A stretch of 36,789 nt of DNA from the NCBI GenBank assembly GCA_051439605.1, contig JBFRWN010000019.1:1-36789 (forward strand). The letters run 5' to 3'. The position numbers and the translations under genes were made by a program. The notes beneath the pieces were generated by a model. That model was given only the letters and a program-made list of their open reading frames with translations, was not told where the DNA came from and searched no databases. Below are positions 20,102-30,260 of this stretch, in pieces. Each line of letters starts with the position of its first letter. Position 1 is the stretch's first letter. This DNA is from Synechococcus sp. (GTDB lineage Bacteria; Cyanobacteriota; Cyanobacteriia; Thermostichales; PCC-7336).

Positions 20102-20695
20102 ATGGCAATTGAATTGATTGTGGGGCTGGGGAATCCCGGCCTCAAATATGAAGGCACCCGCCACAACTGTGGCTTTATGACAACAGAGTGTCTCAGCAAG
20201 CGCTGGCAGGTACCCATGAAAGAGAACAAGCGCTTTCATGGGCGTCTTGGGGAAGGGGTGGGGCCAGTCGGCAAATTGCGCCTGTTAGAACCGACTACCT
20301 ACATGAATCGTTCGGGTCAGTCGGTGCGAGCGGCGGCAGATTGGTTCAAGCTCGATCCTGCTTCGATCCTCGTTGTGTACGACGACATGGATTTGCCGTT
20401 TGGGCGCTTGCGGCTGCGGCTGTCTGGCTCTGCAGGCGGTCACAACGGCATCAAGTCCATTATTCAGCATTTGGGGACGCAGGATTTTCCCCGACTTCGT
20501 ATCGGAGTGGGGGCTCCGGCGGGCGATCGCGATGCCATCGGCCATGTTTTGGGAGGGTTTACCCCCAAAGAGAAACAGTATCTGCAAGAGGTGATCGAGA
20601 CGTCTGCCGATGCGGTAGAAACTTGCTTGAAAAAAGATGTGCGGACGGCCATGAATCGATTCAATCCAAAGATGATTGGCGAACTGGCGGGGTAA
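20102..20695 (+). CDS. pth: Peptidyl-tRNA hydrolase
   Basis: LIVGLGNPG, TRHNCGF, PTTYMNRSG, DDMDL, GSAGGHNGIKS. Confidence 0.96.
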   Translation: MAIELIVGLGNPGLKYEGTRHNCGFMTTECLSKRWQVPMKENKRFHGRLGEGVGPVGKLRLLEPTTYMNRSGQSVRAAADWFKLDPASILVVYDDMDLPFGRLRLRLSGSAGGHNGIKSIIQHLGTQDFPRLRIGVGAPAGDRDAIGHVLGGFTPKEKQYLQEVIETSADAVETCLKKDVRTAMNRFNPKMIGELAG

Positions 20696-20786
20696 GCTGA
20701 TGGGCTGATTAATTCTGAGCGCTGTTCAAGATTTTCCGAGTGGTTGCATGATGTAGGGGTAGTTCGCCCAGTTTTAGGTTTGCCTG

Positions 20787-21887
20787 ATGCGATCTCCTGT
20801 CATTCTCGACCCCAGTACCGCAGACCTGGAACGCTGGCTGCAGGAGGAGATCGCACCTTGGGCAGCTGAGATCGATCGCGATCCGGCTGCTTTACGGGAG
20901 GCATTTCAACTGCTAGGCAAGCAAAATCTTCTGGGATTGAAGGTTCCTGAGACGCTAGGTGGACTCGGCTGGTCAGCGGTCAATACCTTTCGGTACGCAG
21001 AGCAGGTGGCTCGATATTCCGGGGTTCTGGCGTTTTTGCAAACACAGCATCAGAGCGCAGTGAGTGCTCTGGCCCAGTCGGACAACCCAGGGCTGAAGGA
21101 CAAATATTTACGGCCAGCGGTCAGCGGAAAAATTGGCTTGGGGGTTGGATTTTCTCACTTGCGTCGTAGTGATTCTCCTGCAGTAACAGCAGTGGCCAGC
21201 TCTGGAGGATATCGCGTTAACGGTACCGTGCCATGGATTACGGGCTACGGTACTTTTCAGCATTTTCTTTTGGGGGCTCAACTGCCGGATGACCGAGCGC
21301 TATTTGCCTTGACTCCGTTTCGGGAGATCGAACAAGCAAGCGGAGCGTTAGTCTTGAGCGAACCCATGGCGTTAGCAGCGATGCAGTCCACCCAGACAGT
21401 GACAGCCACCCTCACGGATTGGTTCGTGCCAAACAACTTGGTATTGGATATCAAGCCTGCAGGATGGATTCAAGTCCGCGATCGCCTGAATCCCCTCAGC
21501 CACAGTTGTTTTGCGTTGGGGTGCGCGCAGGCTGGGTTGGATGTGCTGCAGAGGGGTCGGAATCCAGTGTTTCCGGCGATCGCGAAGACGTACCGAATAC
21601 TGGAGCAGGAGTTCGATCGATGTCGTTCGGAAACCTACGCGGCTCTGACCCAAGTGGGAGATGGCAACCGCCTGGACTTACGCGCTTGGGCGATCGAGCT
21701 AGCTGTTCGATGCGCCCATGCTGCTGTTGCTGCATCCCGTGGAGCGGCTAATTTTAGCCATCACCCGGCTCAGCGAATTTACCGGGAGGCGCTTGCCTTC
21801 ACGGTGTTCGGACAAAATACTGACGTCATGAACGCCACTCTCAAGCGGGTGGCCATGCGGTCTGCCAGCCCGTTACTCAACGATTAG
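20787..21887 (+). CDS. Acyl-CoA dehydrogenase-family flavoprotein
   Basis: LLGLKVP...GG.G, YRVNG...WITG and HPAQR.YREA motifs of the ACAD fold. Confidence 0.8.
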   Translation: MRSPVILDPSTADLERWLQEEIAPWAAEIDRDPAALREAFQLLGKQNLLGLKVPETLGGLGWSAVNTFRYAEQVARYSGVLAFLQTQHQSAVSALAQSDNPGLKDKYLRPAVSGKIGLGVGFSHLRRSDSPAVTAVASSGGYRVNGTVPWITGYGTFQHFLLGAQLPDDRALFALTPFREIEQASGALVLSEPMALAAMQSTQTVTATLTDWFVPNNLVLDIKPAGWIQVRDRLNPLSHSCFALGCAQAGLDVLQRGRNPVFPAIAKTYRILEQEFDRCRSETYAALTQVGDGNRLDLRAWAIELAVRCAHAAVAASRGAANFSHHPAQRIYREALAFTVFGQNTDVMNATLKRVAMRSASPLLND

Positions 21888-22201
21888 CGTGCTATACAGG
21901 CATCTTCCCGGGCTCAAGGTGCTACACAACAAAATTGCGACGAGTTCTTAAGCAAATACTGAGGTATCAGGACTCCAAACGAGACCGCAGCTAGGATTAA
22001 GCTGCCCGAATTTAAGGGCTAAAGGGTAACAGCTGCAGATATCTGGACATTTCTCTAGGCTATCCCTGCGGCCAAGTTGCCCCCAACCGCTGCTTGCCTC
22101 ACCCTCCGCTTGAGTTCGCGATCGCTGAATTCAGCTACCAACGAACGTTGGCGACAGGAGAGGAGCACTGCGGACGTACATATCATTTGCAGAGATGGGA
22201 C

Positions 22202-23182
22202 ATGGGACAAATCCCAATTTCACTGATTACCCTAGTTTTAGGCATGCTGGTCACCCTTGCCAGCGTTTGGATCGGCCAACATAACGGGCTGCTCCCAGAG
22301 CAGGCATCCATCCAAGCACCGCTGGTGGACAACTTTTTCAACACCATGATTGGCATTGCCTTTGCCCTCTTTTTATTAGTGCAGGGGGCAATTATTTTAT
22401 TTGCCATCCAATATCGACAGCGGGAAGGGGACGACTCAGATGGTCTACCAGTAGAGGGCAACGTCTCTCTCGAAGCCTTCTGGACCCTTATTCCCACGGT
22501 CATCGTGATGGGTCTGGGCATCTACAGCGTCGATATCTTTGCCCAAATGGGTGGTTTTGTTCCCGCTCAACCCGCAGTAGAGATCGCGGAAACTCCTCAA
22601 GAGTATTCTCTAGAGCTGGCGTCTAGCAGCCTCGAAGGTGAGGGAACAGATTCCCTCCTTGAGAACAAACTGCCCACGTTTGGCTACGGCGGCAACCCCG
22701 CCGAGACGGACCTCACCGTCGATGTGACCGGTCTGCAATATGCCTGGCTGTTTAACTATCCTGGCTACGACATTTTGGCAGGTGAATTACACGTGCCTGT
22801 GAATCAGACCGTGCAACTCAATCTTCAAGCACAGGACGTCATCCACTCTTTTTGGGTGCCGCAATTCCGGCTCAAACAGGACGCCATCCCGGGACAACCC
22901 ACCCAGCTTAATTTCACCGCTAACCGCATTGGCTCCTATCCCGTTGTCTGTGCGGAACTGTGCGGTGCTTACCACGGCGGCATGCGTACGGAGGTGGTGG
23001 TGGAATCGGCGGAAGACTTTGCCGCGTGGCTAGAGGAAAACCAGATGGTGGCCCAACAGCGTCAGGATAATGCCCTGGCCTTTCAATCCCCAGGGGTCTC
23101 TAGCATTTCAGGTTCGACCTTTGCCGACGAGCACGTACACCACATGGGGCTTCACCATCAGCTAGAGCCTCAAACCTCTTAG
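22202..23182 (+). CDS. coxB: Cytochrome c oxidase subunit II (CuA-containing); ATG 22202 preferred
   Basis: DVIHSFWVP and an intact CuA motif CAELCGAYHGGM; N-terminal TMs. Confidence 0.93.
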   Translation: MGQIPISLITLVLGMLVTLASVWIGQHNGLLPEQASIQAPLVDNFFNTMIGIAFALFLLVQGAIILFAIQYRQREGDDSDGLPVEGNVSLEAFWTLIPTVIVMGLGIYSVDIFAQMGGFVPAQPAVEIAETPQEYSLELASSSLEGEGTDSLLENKLPTFGYGGNPAETDLTVDVTGLQYAWLFNYPGYDILAGELHVPVNQTVQLNLQAQDVIHSFWVPQFRLKQDAIPGQPTQLNFTANRIGSYPVVCAELCGAYHGGMRTEVVVESAEDFAAWLEENQMVAQQRQDNALAFQSPGVSSISGSTFADEHVHHMGLHHQLEPQTS

Positions 23183-23228
23183 CGAATTTTTCATTCCAAT
23201 TCCCCTTTAATTCTGAGCATTCGAATCT

Positions 23229-24899
23229 ATGGCACAGGCATCCATTCCAGTGGGACGGGCTTCTGAGCCCCCCACCCCTTCCCCACATCCCAAGCAGTGG
23301 AAGTGGTACGACTACTTCACGTTTAATATTGACCACAAAGTTATTGGCATTCAGTACATCGTCACTGGGTTTATCTTCTATCTCATCGGTGGATTGATGG
23401 CGATGGTGATGCGGGCAGAACTGTATACACCCGATTCTGACCTGCTCGATCCCAACTTTTACAACGCCCTCTTAACCAACCACGGCACCATCATGATCTT
23501 CATGTGGATTGTGCCTGCCTCCATCGGTGGCTTTGGCAACTATCTCTTGCCGCTGATGATTGGGGCGCGAGATATGGCGTTTCCTAGGTTAAATGCGTTG
23601 GCGTTTTGGCTGGTGCCCCCATCAGGGGCGCTGCTGCTGGGCAGCTTTCTATTCGGTGGCGCACAGGCAGGCTGGACCTCCTATCCTCCCCTCAGCCTCA
23701 TCACAGCCACCACCGCTCAGTCCATGTGGATTCTCAGCATTGTCCTCGCGGGAACTTCCTCCATCATGGGTTCGGTGAACTTCATCGTGACTTTGTTCAA
23801 ACTACGGGTGCCCAGTATGAGCTGGGACCAACTGCCCTTGTTTTGTTGGGCGATTTTGGCGACGTCTATTCTGGCGCTGGCCTCCACCCCTGTCTTGGCA
23901 ATCGGACTAACGCTGCTGCTCTTCGACATCAACTTCGGCACGTCATTTTTTAAGCCGGATGCCGGCGGCAATGTGGTCATGTACCAGCACCTATTCTGGT
24001 TCTATTCCCACCCTGCAGTTTACCTGATGATCCTGCCCATCTTCGGCATCATGTCGGAGGTGATCCCCCCCCACGCCCGCAAGCCAATTTTTGGCTACAA
24101 GGCGATCGCCTATTCCAGCTTGGCCATTTGTGCCGTTGGTTTATTCGTGTGGGTGCACCACATGTTCACTAGCGGTACTCCCCCCTGGATGCGTATCTTT
24201 TTCACCATCTCCACTCTGATTGTGTCGGTGCCCACTGGGGTGAAAATCTTTAGCTGGGTAGCCACCCTGTGGCAGGGCAAAATTCGCTGGAACAGCCCCA
24301 TGCTGTTTGCCCTCGGTTTGCTGTCGATGTTTGTGATTGGTGGGCTCAGTGGCGTCACCCTTGGCACGGCTCCGGTCGATATCCACGTTCACGACACCTA
24401 CTACGTCGTGGCCCATTTCCACTACGTGCTGTTTGGGGGATCGGTGTTTGGCCTCTACGCCGGTCTGTATCACTGGTTCCCCAAGATGACGGGCCGGATG
24501 TACAACGAAACATGGGGGCGGATTCACTTTGTCCTCACCCTGATTGGCACCAACCTGACTTTCCTACCCATGCATTACCTGGGTCTACAGGGTATGCCTC
24601 GAAGGGTGGCCATGTACGATCCCCAATTCGAGTCCCTCAATCACCTCTGCACCTTCGGCTCCATTCTGTTAGGTTTATCCGTTTTCCCGTTCTTCATCAA
24701 CATGATTTGGAGCTGGATCTACGGTCCCGAGGCCCCCGGTAACCCTTGGCGCGCGTTAACTCTAGAGTGGACCACCACTTCTCCCCCCATCGTCGAAAAT
24801 TGGGAGGAGTTACCGGAAGTAGAATACGGCCCTTACGAATACGGCAGCGGGATTGAACCCCCTGAATTCGGGCATTTGGAACCCGAGCCCGTTTCTTAA
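23229..24899 (+). CDS. coxA: Cytochrome c oxidase subunit I (A2-type heme-copper oxidase)
   Basis: DHKVIG, NHGTIM, WFYSHPAVY (YS motif), WVHH, HDTYYVVAHFHY, GMPRR. Confidence 0.97.
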   Translation: MAQASIPVGRASEPPTPSPHPKQWKWYDYFTFNIDHKVIGIQYIVTGFIFYLIGGLMAMVMRAELYTPDSDLLDPNFYNALLTNHGTIMIFMWIVPASIGGFGNYLLPLMIGARDMAFPRLNALAFWLVPPSGALLLGSFLFGGAQAGWTSYPPLSLITATTAQSMWILSIVLAGTSSIMGSVNFIVTLFKLRVPSMSWDQLPLFCWAILATSILALASTPVLAIGLTLLLFDINFGTSFFKPDAGGNVVMYQHLFWFYSHPAVYLMILPIFGIMSEVIPPHARKPIFGYKAIAYSSLAICAVGLFVWVHHMFTSGTPPWMRIFFTISTLIVSVPTGVKIFSWVATLWQGKIRWNSPMLFALGLLSMFVIGGLSGVTLGTAPVDIHVHDTYYVVAHFHYVLFGGSVFGLYAGLYHWFPKMTGRMYNETWGRIHFVLTLIGTNLTFLPMHYLGLQGMPRRVAMYDPQFESLNHLCTFGSILLGLSVFPFFINMIWSWIYGPEAPGNPWRALTLEWTTTSPPIVENWEELPEVEYGPYEYGSGIEPPEFGHLEPEPVS

Positions 24900-24990
24900 G
24901 TTTGCTTGGAATGCAGAAGGGATTGCCATCTCGCCTGCATTCCGTTTCGGCCTACTTAACACTTTGCTGTTTGTTACCGAGTCCTAAATT

Positions 24991-25620
24991 ATGCAAGGCT
25001 CTACTGTTGATTCTTCTCAACCCACCCTTAGCGCCGAGATGGTATCTGCCGCTGAGGACCTCCACGGAGGACATGCCGACAATCGCCTACTAGGTCTACT
25101 GATATTTTTGGCGTCTGAATCCTTGATGTTTGGCGGTTTGTTTGCCACCTATTTGATGTTTATGTTCACCAAAACCTCTTGGCCCCCTGAAGGCACAGAG
25201 GTAGAGCTGTTCCTGCCTACTATCAACACCGTCATTCTGGTGTCCAGTAGTTTCGTGATTCATTTCGGCACCAAAGCCATTCAAAAAAACAACGAGAGCG
25301 GTCTCAAACAATGGTTTTGGGTCACCGCCGCAATGGGAGCCGTTTTTTTAGGGGGACAGGTTTACGAGTACGCAACCTTAGGATACGGGCTGACCACGAA
25401 TTTATTTGCCAACTGCTTTTACGTGATGACCGGCTTTCACGGCTTGCACGTCCTAGTAGGAATTCTGTTGATCCTGGGTGTGATTTGGCGAGCCCGCCGG
25501 CAGGGTCACTATTCTTCATCTGCCCATGTCGGGGTGGAGATGGCGGAAATCTATTGGCACTTTGTGGACATCATCTGGATTATACTGTTCGCCCTGATTT
25601 ATATCCTGACGACGATCTAG
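24991..25620 (+). CDS. coxC: Cytochrome c oxidase subunit III
   Basis: FLASE..MF, TGFHGLHV, YWHFVD..W. Confidence 0.95.
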   Translation: MQGSTVDSSQPTLSAEMVSAAEDLHGGHADNRLLGLLIFLASESLMFGGLFATYLMFMFTKTSWPPEGTEVELFLPTINTVILVSSSFVIHFGTKAIQKNNESGLKQWFWVTAAMGAVFLGGQVYEYATLGYGLTTNLFANCFYVMTGFHGLHVLVGILLILGVIWRARRQGHYSSSAHVGVEMAEIYWHFVDIIWIILFALIYILTTI

Positions 25621-26093
25621 GGTCCTATGCCCTCACTAATCTCTCCTTACAAGCGGTCATGTATGGCCGCTTTTGTCTGTCTTAAGGAGATGTATTTCCT
25701 TGGGTTGAATTTTTTGAAGTTGTATTCCGACAGAGCTTCGACACGCTGAACGGCTAGCAACAAGATGAACGTCAGAGGCATTGTTGCTTTCCCAATCAAT
25801 CGAACCCAAAAAATGCAAGTTAAAATAAGATTTTTACATTTATTCACATTTCTCTCATCTTACTAGATATGGTGGTCGAGGCAGATTTAAAGCTGAAGAA
25901 AACATTAATGCCGATCGCATGTACGTGTGCGTTCCTTTTGCTGGTAAACGACATCCTGTCGTAGACAGGAACCATACTTTTAATCCTTCGCTAGACTATC
26001 TGTGGTTAGGTGAAGCTTAATCCTTGATAAACGCTGGCTAAGAGAACGGCGGTTAGGATATCACTAGACCAGTAGGCATTACCGTCAGAACCC

Positions 26094-26576
26094 ATGACAC
26101 AGTCGAGCTCTCCTACATGCGCCCCCTGTATTGTTAGTTCCGGGATCGTGGTTAATCGCTGCGATATTCATCGACTGCTATGCGATTTGGGCCAGGTGAG
26201 ATATTTCGATGTTGTTGATGATGCTGTGGTCACCAGCGGCACAGGTTACATCATGGAGGTGTTCTCCGACTCCCAATGCGCCACGGTGGCGATTGGCCGC
26301 ACCCTCTATATCAATGTCTGCAGTTTTGACTATCTCCAACTCAGTACAGATTTAGAGCAGCAGGTAACCTTCGACCTCGTGCAAGAGTCTCGTACCCTTC
26401 GCCTGATGCCCATTAGCTCGTCCATTGATGGCGACCTCCTGAGTAATCACGACGCCCATGCCCTTGAAGAAGCGGTTGCCGAAGTATTAGCCGCTAGTTT
26501 TGATGCCCATGCCGACAACTGCAATGACTGGCGAGAGTTTGACAAGAAAGATAGGGGTAGTGAGGGACGACAGTAG
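26094..26576 (+). CDS. Conserved cyanobacterial hypothetical protein
   Basis: APCI...GI.VN..D..RLL.DLG.V.Y...G.G...EVF......T......LY.NV.SFDYL.L...FDL.QE...LRL.P pattern recalled from cyanobacterial hypotheticals; acidic tail. Confidence 0.75.
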   Translation: MTQSSSPTCAPCIVSSGIVVNRCDIHRLLCDLGQVRYFDVVDDAVVTSGTGYIMEVFSDSQCATVAIGRTLYINVCSFDYLQLSTDLEQQVTFDLVQESRTLRLMPISSSIDGDLLSNHDAHALEEAVAEVLAASFDAHADNCNDWREFDKKDRGSEGRQ

Positions 26577-26831
26577 ATCCCTATTGTTTTGCCTAGATTT
26601 GGGCTGTCTGAGAATTTAGTGGGATTAGAGATTTTTTGGCTTAGCTGCCAGTTGATGAAGCTAAGCCTCGTATTGCAACTGCCCATCGCTCCATTCTTGG
26701 TTGCAAGACATCGCCCAACTCTTGCCGAAGCCGAATGGGATTCCTCAATCACAACTTTCCTCTCCGGCAAATCCCCTGCAGAGGTAGGGCGTGCTGCTAT
26801 AGTCTAAAGCTGGACTTTGTAGAGAACTGAC

Positions 26832-28214
26832 ATGAGTCAGACAGAATACGACTTAATCATTATTGGCGCAGGGGTAGGCGGACATGCGGCTGCCCTGCAT
26901 GCGGTTTCCTGCGGTTTAAAGACCGCCATTGTTGAATCGGCGGAAATGGGTGGAACTTGCATCAACCGTGGCTGCATCCCCTCCAAAGCTCTTCTGTCTG
27001 CAGCCGGTCGCCTGCGGGAGATTCGTGAAGCGTCTCATCTGGGGATTGCGGTCGGGGAAGTATCTTTCGATCGCGCGGCAATAGCCGACCATGCCAACAC
27101 AGTGGTGAGTAAAATCCGCAGCGATATGACCAAGTCCCTACAAAAAGCCAAGGTTGACATTATCGAAGGCTTCGGAAAACTGACTGCTGCTACTGCGGTG
27201 GAGGTCACTGCTGCGGATGGCGCAGTCACCAGCTACAGCGCCAAAGACGTCATTGTTGCCACGGGGTCTACTCCCTTCGTGCCCCCCGGCATTGAGATTG
27301 ACGGCACCACAGTCTTTACAAGTGACCATTCCGTTCGGCTAGAGTCCTTGCCCGAGACGCTGGCGATTGTGGGTAGCGGCTATATCGGCCTTGAGTTTTC
27401 GGACGTCTATACCGCTCTGGGATGCAAAGTGGTCATGCTAGAGGCACTGGACAAGCTAATGCCCGCCTTCGACCCCGACATTGCCCGCCTAGCAAAAAGA
27501 TTGCTGATCGAAGGTCGAGACATCGACACTCACGTCGGAGTATTTGCCCAGAAAGTCACTCCTGGCAGTCCTGTCAAAATCGAGCTTTCCTCTGGCGAAA
27601 CCCTAGAAGTAGATGCTTGCCTGGTGGCTACCGGTCGCGTACCCGTCACCCGCGAGTTAGGCCTAGATGCCCTTGGCATCGACATCGGTCGGCGTGGGTT
27701 TATCCCCGTCAACGATCGCTTGGAAACCGCGGTCCCCCATTTATGGGTCATTGGCGATGCCACCGGCAAAATGATGCTGGCCCATGCTGCCTCCGCTCAA
27801 GGTATCGCTGTAGTCAACACCATCTGTGGCCGAGAATCTGGAGTTGACTACCGCAGCGTCCCCGCTGCCGTATTTACCCATCCTGAAATGGGCTTTGTGG
27901 GTCTCACCGAGCCCCAAGCGAAAGAAGAAGGCTACAAAGTCGGTACCGTGCGCACCTACTTCGGCGGCAACTCAAAGGCGATCGCCTCTGGCGACACCGA
28001 CGGTATTGTCAAGCTGGTATACGACAAAGAATCCGGCGAGCTCCTAGGGGCCCATATTTTTGGCCCCCACGCCGCCGATCTCATTCATGAAGCCTCTCAG
28101 GCGGTTGCAAAACGCTCGACGGTACAGGACCTAGCCACGCTAGTCCATACCCACCCCACCTTGGCAGAAACTCTAGAAGAGGCCTATCACCGTGCAGCAC
28201 GCGCTGTGAAGTAG
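26832..28214 (+). CDS. lpdA: Dihydrolipoamide dehydrogenase
   Basis: GAGVGG, redox disulfide GGTCINRGCIPSK, GSGYIGLE, GKMMLAH, HTHPTLAE. Confidence 0.96.
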   Translation: MSQTEYDLIIIGAGVGGHAAALHAVSCGLKTAIVESAEMGGTCINRGCIPSKALLSAAGRLREIREASHLGIAVGEVSFDRAAIADHANTVVSKIRSDMTKSLQKAKVDIIEGFGKLTAATAVEVTAADGAVTSYSAKDVIVATGSTPFVPPGIEIDGTTVFTSDHSVRLESLPETLAIVGSGYIGLEFSDVYTALGCKVVMLEALDKLMPAFDPDIARLAKRLLIEGRDIDTHVGVFAQKVTPGSPVKIELSSGETLEVDACLVATGRVPVTRELGLDALGIDIGRRGFIPVNDRLETAVPHLWVIGDATGKMMLAHAASAQGIAVVNTICGRESGVDYRSVPAAVFTHPEMGFVGLTEPQAKEEGYKVGTVRTYFGGNSKAIASGDTDGIVKLVYDKESGELLGAHIFGPHAADLIHEASQAVAKRSTVQDLATLVHTHPTLAETLEEAYHRAARAVK

Positions 28215-28227
28215 CGATCATAGTCAG

Positions 28228-28938
28228 CTACCGATCGCCCAATATCTGCTTCGCAATCTCCAAATCCCAAGGGGTTGTCAGCTTAATATTGGTCTCCTCC
28301 CCCATCACCAACTCCACTGAAATTCCCACCTTCTCAAACAACGATGCGTCATCCGTCACTGCCCATCCTTCCGCCACCGCCCGTCGATGAGCATCGATCA
28401 ACGGAGCTAGCTTGAACCCCTGAGGCGTCTGCGCTGCCCATAACTGACCGCGATCGGGGGTATCCACAATTTCTTGCCCCACCAGCAGTTCTGAGGAAAG
28501 AGGCGAAGGACGCACCATCTTAATGGTGTCTTTGACGGGAATCGCCGCGATCGCACCTGTTGCGAGGTCCAGAGCGGCGGAGCAACGGTCAAACAAATCT
28601 GGTGAGGCAAGGCATCTAGCTCCATCGTGAATCAGGACGCGATCGACATTTCCGATTTCTTCCAGTCGCTGCAGACCGCGAAAGACCGATTCCTGCCGGG
28701 TATTTCCCCCCTGAATCAGTTCCACAGGAACATCCAAGTTTTCCCTCTGCAAGATTTGCTCGAACTGAGGGAAATCGTGCGGTTGTCCGATAATACCGAT
28801 CCAGTCTGTGGTGGAAGCTGCCGACGCCGAGCGCAGGGTCCAGGCCAAAATTTCTCGTTCTAGCACCGGAAGCAATAATTTATTGCGGTCCGCCCCCATT
28901 CGGCGACCGCTGCCTGCAGCGGGAATCAACAAATGCAT
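28228..28938 (-). CDS. ispD: 2-C-methyl-D-erythritol 4-phosphate cytidylyltransferase
   Basis: PAAGSGRRMG, GG.TRQESV, IHDGARC, AQTPQGF, TDDAS, NIKLTTP. Confidence 0.96.
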   Translation of the reverse strand: MHLLIPAAGSGRRMGADRNKLLLPVLEREILAWTLRSASAASTTDWIGIIGQPHDFPQFEQILQRENLDVPVELIQGGNTRQESVFRGLQRLEEIGNVDRVLIHDGARCLASPDLFDRCSAALDLATGAIAAIPVKDTIKMVRPSPLSSELLVGQEIVDTPDRGQLWAAQTPQGFKLAPLIDAHRRAVAEGWAVTDDASLFEKVGISVELVMGEETNIKLTTPWDLEIAKQILGDR

Positions 28939-29139
28939 CTGCCTGCCTCGCTCTGATTGACCTCACAACGGTTCATCGCTAAGGATGCGACTTCCGGTGG
29001 GTTAAACCAACAGACATCGTAAGGTATCGCGCGATTGTCACCTAATGTGTCGTTAATTTTTTGGCAATGTGTTTTCCAATAGGGGGGGGCTGCTTGTTTG
29101 AGGAAAAGTTTATGGGGTTGGGACTGGCGTTAAGAGGTT

Positions 29140-29256
29140 GCGAAGGGGCGGTTTTGCCCCCTCGCGCTCCCGCGAGCGCTTCCCCTGCACTCCTCCAAGA
29201 AGACATACGGGTTAACGCAAGAGTTATGGTTTGCGTTTGAGGGGATGCATAGGAAG
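29140..29256. repeat. GC-rich multi-hairpin REP/MITE-like element
   Basis: Stems GCGAAGGGGC/GCCCCCTCGC (29140-29165), GCGCTC/GAGCGC (29164-29179) and AACGCAA/TTGCGTT (29214-29237), plus an imperfect outer inverted repeat at 29179-29198 / 29237-29256. Confidence 0.45.
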
Positions 29257-29292
29257 GTTGTTTCTTGGGGGGAATTATAGGGCTGGCTACTT

Positions 29293-30237
29293 TTATGGTG
29301 TTGGGTAATTGGCGAGGAAATCTGTGTAGGCTTGCTGAATGCCCTCCCTCAATGGCGTGGTAGCTTGCCAGCCGAGACCGGTCAAGCGGGATACGTCCAT
29401 GAGTTTGCGAGGGGTGCCATCCGGTTTGCTGGCGTCGAATTTTAGCGTTCCGGTAAAGCCCACCACATTGGCAACTGTCTCTGCCAGCTCGCGAATGCTG
29501 ATGTCTTCTCCAACGCCGATGTTGATGAAGGTTCCGATATCTTTTGCAGAATGATGTTCCATTAAATACACGCAGGCATCCGCTAAATCATCGCTATACA
29601 AAAACTCTCGTCTGGGATTTCCCGTGCCCCACACGTTCACTGTGGGGGCTTTAGTTTCTTTAGCTTCGTGCATCTTGCGGATGAGTGCGGGCAATACGTG
29701 CGATCTTTCGGGATCGTAGTTATCACCCGGCCCATAAAGGTTGGTGGGCATGACGCTGATATAGTCGGTGCCGTATTGCCGGTTGTAGGCATTGCACATC
29801 TCGATACCGGCAATTTTGGCGATCGCGTAGGGTTGGTTAGTGGGTTCCAATTCTCCCGTTAGCAAATACTCTTCTTTTAAAGGCTGGGGGGCAAATTTGG
29901 GATAGATGCAACTGGAACCCAGAAAGAGGAGCTTTTTCAGGCCGGTCAAACATGCAGAGTGGATGACGTGGGTTTCGATCGCCAGATTTTCGTAAATAAA
30001 TTCTGCTGGATAGGTATTGTTGGCGTAGATTCCACCAACTTTGGCAGCAGCTAACATGACGCAATTGGGCCGCTCTGACTCGAAGAATTTGCGGACTGCC
30101 ATGGCATCCAACAAATCTAGCTGGGATCGGGTGCGGGTGAGAATGTGTTCGTAGCCCCCGGCTTGTAGGCGACGAACTAGTGCCGAACCCACTAGACCGC
30201 GATGTCCGGCGACAAAAACTGTATCCCGTTTATCCAT
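29293..30237 (-). CDS. fcl: GDP-L-fucose synthase
   Basis: [57 protein letters not shown]. Confidence 0.96.
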   Translation of the reverse strand: MDKRDTVFVAGHRGLVGSALVRRLQAGGYEHILTRTRSQLDLLDAMAVRKFFESERPNCVMLAAAKVGGIYANNTYPAEFIYENLAIETHVIHSACLTGLKKLLFLGSSCIYPKFAPQPLKEEYLLTGELEPTNQPYAIAKIAGIEMCNAYNRQYGTDYISVMPTNLYGPGDNYDPERSHVLPALIRKMHEAKETKAPTVNVWGTGNPRREFLYSDDLADACVYLMEHHSAKDIGTFINIGVGEDISIRELAETVANVVGFTGTLKFDASKPDGTPRKLMDVSRLTGLGWQATTPLREGIQQAYTDFLANYPTP

Positions 30238-30260
30238 GATGTGGGTTGCCTGGATACCAA

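Noticed and set aside
21889..22135. GTGCTAYACA direct repeat (21889, 21919) and GCTGAATTCAGC palindrome (22124-22135) upstream of coxB
   Set aside because: Within chance expectation; no canonical NtcA GTA-N8-TAC site was found.
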